From Geosiphon pyriformis uo1 (Eukaryota > Fungi > Glomeromycota), in NCBI GenBank assembly GCA_016748015.1, contig JAAOMT010000570.1:438043-502042 (forward strand): a stretch of 64,000 nucleotides of DNA, given 5' to 3'. Positions 22,301 through 35,755 of the stretch are shown one piece after another. Position 1 is the stretch's first letter, and each line of letters starts with the position of its first letter. The translations under genes and the position numbers were made by a program. Below the pieces are notes generated by a model. It was given only the letters and a program-made list of their open reading frames with translations. It made no database searches and had not been told where the DNA came from.

Positions 22301-25038
22301 ATCCTCATCTGTGACTGGGTAAGAGGAAGAACACCATTCAAAACAGCATTCAACAGAGCATTAAAAAGACTACAGCACTACCCACACAACAAGGACGAGT
22401 TGTACAACACCACACAAGCCAAAGTAAGAAGAAGAACCGTCAAAGAAATACGATGCTGGAAAGAGTCAGCCAAAGTAGCTGACGAAATCACCAGCTACAA
22501 CATGTTTGACCCAGTGGATGAATTCCAGGACTACTACCAACAACTATGCCCCACTCGACAAGAGCAAAAACAATATCTTGCCCAAATTAACACTTATCTC
22601 TGCAAAAACTGTCTTATTCCATGCCAAAATCAGTGCTATAAAGAGTGTCAAGACAAAAGGGACTTAGAAAAAAAAATAAAAATTGAGAATCAGCAGTCTC
22701 AAAATTAATCAATAAATTAACAAGGCTTATCTGATGGTCCCAAGTTAGAAAAATTTGTAGCCTATACCAACCTAAAACAGGTAATTGACATCCAATACTT
22801 TGACAATGGGCACTTAGAAATAATACTTGAAAGAATTCATCCAACTGATGCCAGATTCAATCTACGTTATTCAGAAGACCAATTCACAACATTACTACCC
22901 AGGAGCATTACCAAAATTGACCTAAAAATAGTGGTTAAAATTTCGCCAAGAATAATGGTTCAAATAGCATCGCGATTAAGCCTTGCAAAAAAAGGAATAA
23001 GTGTTCAAAGAGAAGTAATTGACTCTGGATACACTGAAAATTTGATGGTTTTGCTACAAAACAATTCAGAAAAGCCTTATACTATTGAATTTAAGAAAAA
23101 AATTGCACAAGCAATTTTCCTACCATTGGTAAAAATTGGGAAATTTGTGCCAGTAGAAAATTGTGAGGAATTGTCACAAACAACGAGAGAAACTTTTGGT
23201 TTTAGATTGACAAGAAAAGAAATTGAAGCAAATTTCGCTGAAACAATAGAGAAAAAAAGCAAAGTAATTAAAAATGAGCAGTCCATCATGTTCCTACCAT
23301 ATGAAAAATCAGAAATAAGAATAAAAAGAACAATTAAAGAAAAAGACCTAATATTTAAGCTTTATCCAAAAACTTGCCAACAGTTTTTCATAGGACTTAC
23401 TAACTTTTTTATTCCAGTTGATAAAGCTCAATGGATAAAAATTCCTATCACAAACACCACAGAAGAACTCATCTACATTCCGGAAGATACCATCATTGGA
23501 TACCTTGGAATGGAGCTAGAAAATGCATCAACACTACAAGAAATTCTAAATTTCCCAGAAATTGTCCTCTACTGTGAACTCACTTCAATAAATTGGCAAC
23601 AACCATTAGAATGCTATCAATTTATGCCAGAAGAATTGGCCAAATTAAACATTGGAACAATGGATCCTGACTAACAGCAACAATTAAAAGCATTAATTTT
23701 AAAATACTCTGATATATTTTCACAAAATGGCAAATTTGGAAGAACCAACTTGGTTCAACACCAAATCTCCACTGGAGACACCAGACCTAAAAAACAACAT
23801 GCTTACTGTGTTCCACCAATAGAGCATAATTTTATCAGAGAAGAAGTCCAAAGCATGTTGGAAAAAGGAATAATACAACCATCAATGAATCTATGGTCCT
23901 CACCAGTTGTTTTAGTAAGGAAAAAGAATGGAAAAATTAGATTTTGTGTTAATTATCACAAACTAAACAGCAAAACAACCAAAGACTCATATCCAATACT
24001 GTTAATTGACAAAATCTTCAATGTTTTTGGAGGAGCAAAATGGTTTTCTATATTGGACTTGACTAGTGAATACTGACAAGTGGAAATAGATCCAAAGAAC
24101 AGGCATAAAACAGCATTTACAACACAAAATGGCAATTATGAGTTCAATGTAATGCCATTTGGATTAACAAATGCCCTCACGACATTCCAAAGACTAATGG
24201 ACATAATTTACTCTGCAATCCATTGTTGTCTACTTGGATGATACAAATGTTTTCTCGTCAAAATTCACAGATCATCTCCAACATTTACAACAAGTTTTTG
24301 AAAGATTGAGACACACTGGACTTAAACTAAATCTAGAAAAATGTTTCTTTGAGAAAAATAAGTTGGCATTTTTAGGACACGTAGTTGGAAAAGATAGAAT
24401 AAAACCAGATCCATCAAAAATAGACAAAGTGAAAAATTTTCTAGTACTTCGAAATGTTTCAGAAGTTAGAAGCTTTTTAAGACTCACATCTTACTACTGC
24501 TGCTTTGTAAAAAAACTTTTCAAACATTACCAAACCTCTTAATTACCTACTATCCAAAAATGTGAAATTTGAATGAACTGAAGCACAACAAAAAGCTCTT
24601 GAGTATCTTAGACAAAAGCTTATTGAATCACCAATAATAATCTATTCAAATTTCAACAAGAAATTCATTTTGGCCACAGATGCCTCTGGAACTGGACTTG
24701 GAGCCATTCTGTCACAAAAAGATGATAATAGAAGAGAATGTGTAATCACTTATGCCAGCAGAAGTCTCAGTATGGCAGAACAAAACTATATAGCACATGA
24801 ACTTGAATGCTTAGTAGTAGTCTGGAGTTGTGTTTACTTTGACACATATTTACAGTACCAACTCTTTGAGATTACCACAGATTATAGAGGTCTGGTCTGG
24901 TTAAATAACAAGAAAGCACTAAAAAAAAAATATGCCAGATGGTTACAAACATTAGTACCATACGATTATATTATCAAATACAAAGAAGGTACCAAAAATG
25001 CTAATGCTGACTGTTTGTTAAGAATGAAACACACATAA
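19339..25038 (+). pseudogene. B gag-protease-(Cys-rich domain)-dUTPase-RT-RNase H (degenerate)
   Basis: Capsid-like LTDFSGEEE...W, knuckle CHFCKCIEHLISQC, protease LILNSGFAGS, RT (YL)DD at ~24230, RNase H TDASGTGLGA. Confidence 0.9.
22820..23215 (+). pseudogene. B dUTPase domain
   Basis: Decayed trimeric-dUTPase motifs: HPTDARFNL (motif 1), IASRLSLA (2), VIDSGYT (3), KIAQAI (4), TRETFGF (5). Confidence 0.88.
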
Positions 25039-25067
25039 AAATCACCAATCCACCTGCCACAACAACA

Positions 25068-26698
25068 ATGAACAACCACCTTTACAAAAACTTTAGCCAA
25101 TACTTGGAAACACTACAAATAGACGAAGAAATGCCAGTAAAAGAGCTAATTAAGCTCCAAAAATTAGCAAAACACTATTTTATCCAAAATCACATACTTT
25201 ATTACTGGAATCAACAAAATCCAGATAATCCATTAAGAGTTATAACCACGGATGAAAAAAAAACTATCTTATTTAACATGCACTCAGATATTCATTCAGG
25301 CCACTTTGAAAAAACAGCAACTATTCAACGTGCAACTAGCCATTACTATTGGCCAAAAATGAGTTCAGACATAATCCAATACATAAGAAATTGTAACCCA
25401 TGCCAACAAAGAGAAGGAGCAAAAACAACAGAATTATTAAGACCAATAAAAGTTGGACAGCCATTTGACAGAATTGGAATTGATTTAATTGGACTCTTAC
25501 CAATAACAACAAGAAACAACTGTTATATTGCAGTAGCCATGAACTATCTCACCAAATGGCCAGAAGCTAGAGCTATTAAAACAGCTGATGCTATTTCTGT
25601 AGCTCAATTTGTACATGAAGACTTAATTTGCCAGCATGAATGTTCACAAGAATTGCTATCAGATCAAGGCACACACTTCATAAACAGCACCTTAAAAAAA
25701 CTTAGCCAAAAATTTGGAATCAAACGACCACTGTCANNNNNNNNNNNNNNNNNNNNAACAAAATCCAGATAATCCATTAAGAGTTATAACCACGGATGAA
25801 AAAAAAACTATCTTATTTAACATGCACTCAGATATTCATTCAGGCCACTTTGAAAAAACAGCAACTATTCAACGTGCAACTAGCCATTACTATTGGCCAA
25901 AAATGAGTTCAGACATAATCCAATACATAAGAAATTGTAACCCATGCCAACAAAGAGAAGGAGCAAAAACAACAGAATTATTAAGACCAATAAAAGTTGG
26001 ACAGCCATTTGACAGAATTGGAATTGATTTAATTGGACTCTTACCAATAACAACAAGAAACAACTGTTATATTGCAGTAGCCATGAACTATCTCACCAAA
26101 TGGCCAGAAGCTAGAGCTATTAAAACAGCTGATGCTATTTCTGTAGCTCAATTTGTACATGAAGACTTAATTTGCCAGCATGAATGTTCACAAGAATTGC
26201 TATCAGATCAAGGCACACACTTCATAAACAGCACCTTAAAAAAACTTAGCCAAAAATTTGGAATCAAACGACCACTGTCATCACCATACCACTCTCAAAC
26301 AAATGGATTAGTTGAAAGATTTAATTGCACATTATGCAAATTACTGGCGAAAATTAGTAATGAACATGAAAAAAAATGAGATTTGTTTATACTAGCAGTA
26401 CTACTAGCATATAGAATAGTAAAACAAGATACTACACAATTTATACTATTAGAACTAGTTTATGGAAGAAAAGCCATATTACCAGTTGAACTTACTATCC
26501 CAACTTATCCAAGTGACACTATTATGGAAGCAACATTCCAGGAAACACTACTTAGAAGAACATACAAATTAATGGGAACTTTAGAAAACAAAAGAAGAAA
26601 AACAGCACAAAATATTGAACAATCACAAGAACAACAAAAAGTGAGACATGATAACCAGTTACTAGATAATATAATTAGCTACAAAATTGGAGATAAAG
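25068..26698 (+). pseudogene. B integrase, separate ORF (contains an assembly duplication and gap)
   Basis: ATG 25068 after RNase H stop at 25038. HSDIHSGH...CNPC, PFDRIGIDLIG, SDQG and QTNGLVERFN. Confidence 0.9.
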
Positions 26699-26718
26699 NN
26701 NNNNNNNNNNNNNNNNNN

Positions 26719-27351
26719 CAACAATTAGTTGAAAGCTTACAACAATTAAAATTCGATCTGGAAATCACAGTTAATAGCTCCAAAATAACATACATAAAAA
26801 AAACAATAGAAAATCCAAAAACAAGAAAAGAACATAATTTTGAACCATATAATATTACCAAACATAACAACAAATTTATCAGCAAAGTTATTGAAAAATT
26901 AGAGATAGCATTGGGCAATACATTAATAATAGAAGAAATAGAAATAAGTGAATTAACACCAAACACATTTAGCAACTTAAAAACAAAATTTCCAATTAAC
27001 TACTGTTATTATCAACTAGGAAAGCATTTGAACATACAAACATTATATTCAAAAAACTCAACTAGAGTGTTTGAAAAAACAACTATCCAACTATTAGAAT
27101 CTTTTATTGGAAAAACCAATACTACATTCCATTCAAAAACAGTTTACAGAATTTTCAAAGCATTTAAAAACTGTTACAAACTATTGTTAGACCCAACCAT
27201 AAACATAATAACAACCAACAGTATTGGATGACTTACCAACTCGCAATTTCAAGAATTACAACAACAAATTAATAACACAGTATTGAACCACTATAATAAC
27301 TTAGAATTTAATAAAGAAATTAACTTCGATTTCGATGGAGCTCAATCTTGA
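26719..27351 (+). pseudogene. B ORF3 (5' end hidden in N gap)
   Basis: YYQLGKHL...VYRIFKAF...SIG*LTNSQFQEL; aligns by eye with ORF3 of A and C. Confidence 0.7.
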
Positions 27352-29559
27352 AAAGAGGGGATAATATTACAGTTTAAGAATTTAGCAAAAAAATCATAAA
27401 AATAATACAAACTATTCAATCATAATATAGCGCAGTAATAATCTTAGAAAGATAATGATTAACATAATAGCAAATACTATCTTGTAATAGTGGCAAACAC
27501 TAGTTTACAATAGCAGCCAATACCAACTGGTGATAGCAACAAACATCAGATTGAAATATCAAAAAGAAAGTATTACAATGTGTTTTCTCATAGAACTACA
27601 AACATGTATATATACAGTAGCTTTAATATTGGGAAAAGACAATCAAGTAATAAAAATCATAACTTATCAAGCAATAGATCCAATTTTATCCAACAAACTC
27701 TACTTTAAATTGTACTTTCAAATTAAATATTCCAAGAAATCTTTAAATCAAAAAAAAATGAAAAAAGAATATTTAAAACTGAATTATCACAACCCAAAGT
27801 ATTAAGAAACTTACTTGTATTATTTATGAAATGAAACTATTATTCATCAGCTGAATCTCTTGGAAGAATAATCCTTGATCAAGATTATTCATGTTGTTAC
27901 TAATTGATAAAAGCTTTATTGTAAGAATTAGGAAAAGCACTAAAGACCATTAACATTCTGTGTTTCTAGATTAGAGAAACACATCAGGCAATTGCAAGGA
28001 TAGCCTCAGAAAAGACCCCAGACAGCAGATAGATTTCAGTTCAGCCTCTGAGAAGGAATACATAAACACACACAACAATCAAGAATCAAGGAATAACTTA
28101 CATTGTGACATTAAAAAGAAAGCCTTCAGTATAACAGTGACATTATCACACAAATAGAATTGAGGAACTCACAAAAGACTAATTGCAATTAAAACGGGAT
28201 ATCAACAATTAAATATAACAAGAAGACCATCCCATAATACCACTATTACATAAAGTAACTCTACCACAAAAAACATCAGCCAGTATTTTATTACATCATG
28301 TGAATCTATCACCTATCTTAACTTTAAATATGCTGTCATTATTACTACTATTCTCTAATATTATATGTATGTTAGATCTATTTGATAGGCTTTTTTTACC
28401 CTTATTATCAATACCCACTGATTTTTTCTACTCAGTTTGTGTTTTGCACTATTCTTTTCATAACATATTCCTTGCTTGAGTTACTGCTCATTTACAAACT
28501 TTAATTAGTATATTATTGTTAGTCTTTTGATTGATATCATCAAAGACATTGATTCTTCTAAATCACTTATTAATCAATTTTTTGCATAGCAGATCTATGT
28601 TGGGTGTCAACATAATATACTCTTTAGCCAAGACAATCTTCTTATCAGAGTTTATGGTTTTATGTTTCTCTCCCACAGCCTTTAACAAGCACTGTATCCA
28701 CTCATTTTTTATCTTATCCATTAGTGTTTTGCCTTTTTGAGCATTTAAGAAGTATTTTCAAAAGTGCTAATTGGTTTTTACTTCCATGTGACATACTTTG
28801 CAAAGATTGTTCAAATACATCAGAGAACATCTGTTATATAGCACCTCTGCTGTTGGCATTATGTTGTGAAATAATTTTATAATAAATGTACACATTGCTA
28901 AGGAACCAGCTGAGGTGAAGCCTGAAGACATTTTACCATCCCAGTTCCAAACCTTGATTGTGCACTTCCAGTTTATCTCTTGGTCCAAAGGCCCTAATGT
29001 CCTCTGGACTTTATCATTACTTATCCAATCTAAAGCAGCTTGAAACCCAGTTTGTTGGCTTAAGAAGTGTCTAATATTTAACTCCTCTGCAAAAGAGAAC
29101 ATAGCTGACATTCTTGGCATTATAAGCCCATTCCACTGTGTCAAAAGCAGTAGCTTTTTTGGCTAACTTATCTGTCTTTTCATTCTCAGGTACTCCAGTA
29201 TGTGCAGTCACTTTGTTTATAATAAGATCAATCTTCTTTTTACCTATTACCATTTTGATCGCATTCTATGTGCACCAGTTAGGAGTTTTGAGCTAATTCC
29301 TAATAGACAAAGGGGAATCCTTAGATAACCATGTTTGAGCTGTTAATACAACTGCTTGACTATCTGTGTTTAATATTAGTTTATATTTGTATGATACTAC
29401 CTCCAAAGCCAGTAATACAGCCTTAGCCTCAGTTTTTGTTGATAACAATGTTTCATCTACTGTTATACTATAGCTGGCTTCCATTCTATATGTTATAAAA
29501 GCAGCTGCTCTTTTAGCTTCCACACAACCAGCTTTTATCAATGAGTCATCTGTTGATAT

Positions 29560-30201
29560 TGTTACAGATTGGAGTAACAAGCTAATGAATAGCAAGGGAG
29601 AACAGGATTGTAGGATGATGGAAATAATCAAAGAGATTTCAACTTCAATGAGCAAATTGAATAAGTATAGATTCAATGTATGAGATCAGTCTCATAAAAT
29701 ATCTCAGTCACTATACTTTTTAAGAATAACCAGAGAATTTGAAGATAGAAGGATAGTTTATACTGTCAACAAATAATCATGCCTGATATAATTCTATGCC
29801 TTATATCAGCACTCTTAGAATTTGATATCAGATATTAGATGTACTCTTCAGTCACATTTATTTAATAATCTTCAAATGCTATAATTATTTGTTTTCAGAA
29901 AAAGATTAAGGAATAACCAACAAGTAATCTTTTATCCCAAGATGTTCAAATACTTGAAGGTAGAAAAAGAAAAATTAGTGATAAGAGAATAATTGAGATA
30001 AAAGTTGTTATTTTATTTATTTTCTTTTTTTGATTCTTACATGCTTTTCTATAGCTAAGAGATTCATCACTTATATAGCTATCAAAAATGGTCATTGATC
30101 AGATCAATGATTACTTTCTAAAAATAGAGTGGCTAATTTATATGATATCAGTGACTAATACATATGATAATTAATAAAAAGTATAAGTTTCAACCATAAC
30201 A
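29560..30201 (-). mobile_element. Family A solo LTR (642 bp)
   Basis: TGTTAC...TAACA termini; TSD ATAT on both sides; splits the L-c RNase H region. Confidence 0.93.
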
Positions 30202-31521
30202 ATATCTCTATTTCTTTTCTGTGCCTCAACTTTTCTCATATTTTTCTCCATTGTGGTATTAAGGTGTTAAGAATATGAATGTAAATAAAGTCACTTTGCA
30301 ATATTTCCAAATCATCTGGTATTTGGGTATTTAATTTGTGCATTCTCAGTGCTTCACATTGGGCTATATCAATATTCCTGTATTCATTCATAGTAATTGT
30401 AGATTCTAGTATTTTAAACCATCTGAGTATTCTACTACTGTTACTTTGTCTATACTTCCTTGTAAAATCCATTTATGTCATTAACAATCCATCCATGTTT
30501 TGTACCTGATGCAAATACAAAATGTTCTCCTTTCTCAGTAAGTCTTTAACTTTAGTGTAAGCTGCACCTGAAGCTATAATAGTCTCAATTAAATGTGTAT
30601 GTGGTCTTGAAAATTCAGAAACCCCATGTGTATTATCAAAGCTTTTGAATGAAATGCCCCTTTCTTCCATTATCTGCATAATATTTGCTATAAAATTAAC
30701 TCCTGACTTAGATCATTCCTTAGTGGGATATTCAAGTATACTGTTATGGTTGAAACTTATACTTCTTATTAATTACCACATGTATTAGCCATTGATGTCA
30801 TATAAATTAGCCACTCTATTTTTAGAAAGTGATCAATGACCTGACCATTGACCTAACCATTGACCTAATTATTGACCTAATTATTAACCTAATCATTAAT
30901 CTGATCATTAACCTAGTCGTTGATCTGATCATTGACCACTTTTGACAACTATATAAGCAATGAATCTTTTAGCTGCAGAAAAGCATGAAGAAATCAAGAA
31001 AATCAATTAAATAAAATAACAACTTCTATCTCAATCTCTCTCTTATTGCTAATTTCTTTTTTTCTACTTTCAAGTATCTGAACATCTTAAAGATAAAAGA
31101 TTACTTGTTGGTTATTTCCTACCTTTTTCCTGAAATGTGTAATTGCAGCATTTGAAGATTATTGAATAAAATATGACTGAAGAGTACATTTGATACCTGA
31201 TATTGAATTCTAAGAGTGCTGACATAAGGCATAGAATTATACCAGGTGTGATTATTTGTTAACAATATGGACTATTCTTCTACCTTCAGATTCCCTAGTT
31301 ACTTTTTGAAAAGCATAGCGACTGAAATATTTTATGAAACTGATCTCACACATTGAATCTATACTTATTCAATTCACTCTTTGAAGTTGAATTCTCTTTG
31401 ATTCCTTTTATCACTCTACAATTCTGTTCTCCCTTGTTATCTGTTAGCTTGTTATTCCAATTCATAACATAAAAGTGGTGCTCCCTGTGAGGTTGTTAAA
31501 ATCCACTCTGTTTTCTATTGT

Positions 31522-34500
31522 ATGGATGATTATTCATATCTGCCACAACAATCAGAAGAACACTTTGAAGCACACAACAAAAACGATCTAAACTTTATTG
31601 AATTCAATCCTTTGCCCTCCTACTTGATTTGCTTTCCCATTGAAGATCAATCTAGTAGACAATTCCAAGATTTTTGGAACTGGTTTTTGAATGAGCATTC
31701 AGCTGAAACCTATACAGCCTATACAACTTATTACTTTGATCAAGCTTATTTTGAAGACAACTTTAAAGAAAAAAACAACAGCATCAATCAACTTTTATAC
31801 TCCACAACCTTTGAACAACAGCTTCCTAATTCCGAATATCTGAATCATCAAATCCACATTTGGATTGTTGCCCATCAAGCAACTGAAACTCCTCTTGAAA
31901 CAGAAGAAGAAAGCTACCAAACTGTCCCTGTTTTTGACTTTTTTCAAGTGAATCAGACTCATCTACACAAACAGTTACACCTAAACCAATGACTAATGAT
32001 CCTATGCAAGCAAACATTCTGGCCACCCTCCAAGATATACAAACTGCTCTAGAAAAAAGAAACAATACTCCACTACCACTATTTAAAGATGATGCACAAG
32101 ATCCAATTAAATAGTTGGATGATTTTGAGAGAGCTGCCACAGCCAACCAATATGATGAAAAATACAAGTTTCAAATCATTGATTGCTATCTCCAAGGCTT
32201 TTCTGCTACTTGGTTCTCACAAGAAACTGATGTTGATGCTCACCCAAGAATCATTAGATAGACACCAACAAATGCTGAAGAAGAAAATACCTCTTTTACA
32301 ACCCAGTTTGAAACTAAATTTAGAACTTCCATCTTAATCTCAAAATGACATATGGAATTAAAAAAAAGAACTCAAGACTTTGGTGAAATTGTGACTGAAT
32401 ATGCTAAAGCAATTAAAAAGCTAATCAAACACATAAACTCTGGCAGAAACTGAATTGAAGAACAAAAGATTCACTCCTTTACAAAAAGATTAAGAACTGA
32501 TCTATCATATGCTCTCTGGCCTCTCTTGGCCCTCAAAGACAATTCCACAATAAATATGGTTATTGAATTAGCTCAAAGGATTGAAGATAACCAAAGAATG
32601 CATTTGGAATCTACACTTCCAGTCCTTGCTCCTGCTTCTATTTTGGCTCTTGCTTCCCAAATAGCTGCTATTTCTTTTACTGTCCAGACTTAAGATTCCA
32701 ATGAACAATTAATAGATAGACTTACAGCCAATTTTGCTCAGCTATTGGAACCTTTAACCCAAGCAGTCAGAAAAAATCAACAACCACAAAGACCTAGATT
32801 TGAGCTATGCTTTAATCAGTCCCAACAGCCCCCTTATCAAAGACAGCAAAATTGTGGCCCACCTGTGTGCTACCATTGTGGATTAACTGGACACTTCTCA
32901 AGAGATTACAACAATCTTCCCTTGCCCCTTCTAGTTCCCAGAAACAATGACAATCAAAACAACAGACCTATTAACAACAATGCTCCTAATCAAAGACCTA
33001 ATCATGCCAATATTAATTTCTTTGAAGAGGATCCCCTAGTGGAAGCCACAGTTTATTAGCCTTTAAATTGGTAGGTGCACTTCCAAAAGGTAAGAGTGCA
33101 AGCCAAACAGAAAAAAACCTCTTTTTTGCTTTTAACTTAACTGATAATGACCATAACATAGACAAACTGGCAATCAACACCTCAAAATCAACCAGAAAGA
33201 AAAAAAAAGCCAAGGTTGATTTCATACTGGATCCCAATAAAGCTTCCACATTAACAGCTGATAACAATAAACCACCAAAAGCCAAAGTTTTCAAGAATTT
33301 TTCAAAGTTGAAACCCCCAGAAATAGTGCAAAAATCTGGTCTTTATTCTATTGTCAAAGATCTCATGGAAACTCCTGCACACATTATCTTTGGCCAGTTA
33401 ATAACTCATCTCCAATTCAGAAAAGATCTTCACAAATCTTTGATTCCTAAAAAAAAGACACCAAAAACCAACAAGTGTCCACACCAAGCTGGATTTGCTA
33501 ACAATAGCAATGTCACACCTCTCATTTGTAAGGCCCAAGTGGCTGGTTACTTCATTGATCTAATTTTGAACAGTGGATTATCTGTTAATATCATTGTTAA
33601 ACACTTCTTAAAAGCAATTGGCAGAAAGATTAATGAACTATCCACATGACTAATAACCAACATACATGATGACAAGAAAAAAGGTCTGGGCATAGCCAAA
33701 GCTGTTTCTGTCTGAATCAATGGCATCAGTATTGAAACTGACATGGAAGTATCTGAAGCAAAAGAATACATCATAATAGTTGACAATGAATGGCTCAAGA
33801 AAGCAAAAGCCTTGCTTGATTATAAACTCTGTAAACTGACCATCAGATGTTATGAAAAACCCATTGTGGTTAAGTATCATCATTGGACAACTTCTCCAGT
33901 ACCCAAACAAAGCCAAGAAAAAAAGCAATCAGATGAGTCAGATGATGAAGAAAGTGATGAAAAAGATAAACAAGAAGAACAAGAAAAAACTGTTGAACTT
34001 GCCTACACTATCTTTATTAGCAATGGCAAATCATTAGATAATGTCAAAGCAGATAAAGAAGAAATCATGGTAAATGGCAAGCTAATCTGCTGGCCTTATT
34101 ATGATATCCTTAGAAGAACCTTTGACTGAAAGCCTGGCAAAAAAGTCAAATACAGTTATTGGTGGTATGGCCCTTGTACCAGATGCTGGTGCAATAAACC
34201 TTTGTATTTTCCCAATGATGAATGCAAATCTTGCCTGATCTATTACAAGGATTGGGAACCAATTAGTTTGATATCCAGGAAAGAAATAAAAGAAATACAG
34301 AAGTCCTTTGAGAATAAACCACCTAAGATCTAATTACTTGTTGTAGAACAAAGAAAACCTTTCCAAAGAGAAAAAAAAGTAGATATTGAAAACCTATTGG
34401 CTAGAAACAGCCCAGTTATTTTAAAAGAAGATGATACCCCTGGACGAATCCATGTAATACAACACACCATTACAACCAAAGAAACTTGTCCCATATATTT

Positions 34501-35755
34501 AAAGCCTTATCAATTCAATTGTTGTAATAATAAGTTTATCAAGAAAAAGATAAACAGGATAAAAGATCTTAAATTCATACAAGAAACCAAGAGTGAATGG
34601 GCTTTCCCAGTTGTAGTGGTATCTAAGAAAGGTGGAACCCTACATTTCTATATTAACTATTGCCAATTAAATACTATTACTATAAGAAACATGTACTCAC
34701 TTCCCAAAATTGATACAATGCTAGACAAATTCAGTAGTGCTGCTTTCTTCTCAACTATTGACTTAACTGCTGGATTTTGGCAAGTAGAGATGAATCCAGA
34801 AAGCAGAAAGAAAACTGTTTTCATCACCAAGTATAACACCTATGAATTCACAATTATGCTTTTTGGTCTCATAAATGCCTCTCCCATCTTTCAATGTCTA
34901 ATGGACAAGGTGTTTAAATCAGTGAAAGAAAACTTTGTTCTAGTTTACTTAAATAATATAATGGTATACTCAAAAACTTGGAATGAACACCTTGAACATT
35001 TGCAAAAGGTTTTTGACCTGCTCAGGAATACTAGCCTTAAGATCAACCCAATCAAATCTTTCTTTGGATGCCAATCTACCCAGTTTTTTGGTCATCTTAT
35101 TACAAAAGATAGAATTTTCCCTGACCCAACCAAAGTTGAAAAAGTTCAAAACATTAGACAACCAATGAATGTTCCTGAACTATGCTCTTTCTTTGGTTTG
35201 ACTTCTTACTATCACAAATTCATCAAGGATTTCTCCAAAATCACCTTTTCTGTCAACCAGCTACTCAAAAAAAATGTCAATTACCACTGGGGCACACACC
35301 AGCAAAAAGCCTTTGAAATCTTGAAGGAAAAACTTGTTACTGAACCAATCTTTAAGCAACCTAACCTGGACCAACCTTTTATCCTCCACACTAATGTATC
35401 TAGTTATGGACTTGGTGCTGTACTCTCACAAAAAGATGAAGATAGTAGAGAACATGCTATAGCATATGCCAGTAGATCTCTCACACTAGTGGAAAAGAAC
35501 TATTCAGTAACTGAACAAGAATGCTTAGCAATAGTTTGGGCTACTAGCTATTGGGATCAATATCTTTTTGGTGTCAAATTCCTGGTAGTAACAGATCATT
35601 AAGCCTTGGTTTGGCTGTGCAATAAAAAGAATCTGGAACATAAATGGATAACTTACTGGATACTCCATCTGGATGAATTCAACTATGATATTCAATACCA
35701 CAAAGGAGCTAATCATTAAAATGCTAACACTCTATCTAAACTTACCATCCAGTGA
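31522..35755 (+). pseudogene. A4 gag and protease-RT-RNase H (degenerate)
   Basis: CYHCGLTGHFSRD knuckle, LILNSGLS, YLNNI (decayed YLDD). Confidence 0.9.

Larger units (their letters stand above)
18382..28239 (+). mobile_element. Ty3/Gypsy family B, full length, dUTPase-bearing
   Basis: 875-bp LTRs at 18382-19256 and 27365-28239; TSD CCAC; PBS TGGTGAACTCTATGAGG at 19259; PPT AAAAGAGGGGA at ~27351-27361. Confidence 0.96.
18202..30741 (-). mobile_element. LINE L-c, 3' part (ORF2 RNase H + CCHC, 3' UTR, poly(A)); interrupted by Gypsy B and a solo A LTR
   Basis: T10 at 18202-18211. Segments are 18202-18381, 28240-29559 and 30202-30741. RNase H motifs STDDS, EAKAV, NTDSQ and KVTAHTGVPENEKTDKLA, followed by CKVC...H. 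Confidence 0.82.

Noticed and set aside
25213-26280. Apparent 524-bp tandem duplication of the B integrase core
   Set aside because: The two copies (25213-25736 and 25757-26280) appear identical and flank a 20-N gap, while all real repeats here are heavily diverged. It is an unmerged contig overlap.
26383-27231. ORF suggesting an integrase-ORF3 fusion in family B
   Set aside because: It reads through a 20-N gap (26699-26718) of unknown true length that hides the integrase end and ORF3 start.
27530-27805. ORFs within LTRs (also 3413-3622, 5728-5976, 16150-16407, 48280-48492)
   Set aside because: Not open in the partner LTRs and no recognisable motifs; chance ORFs.
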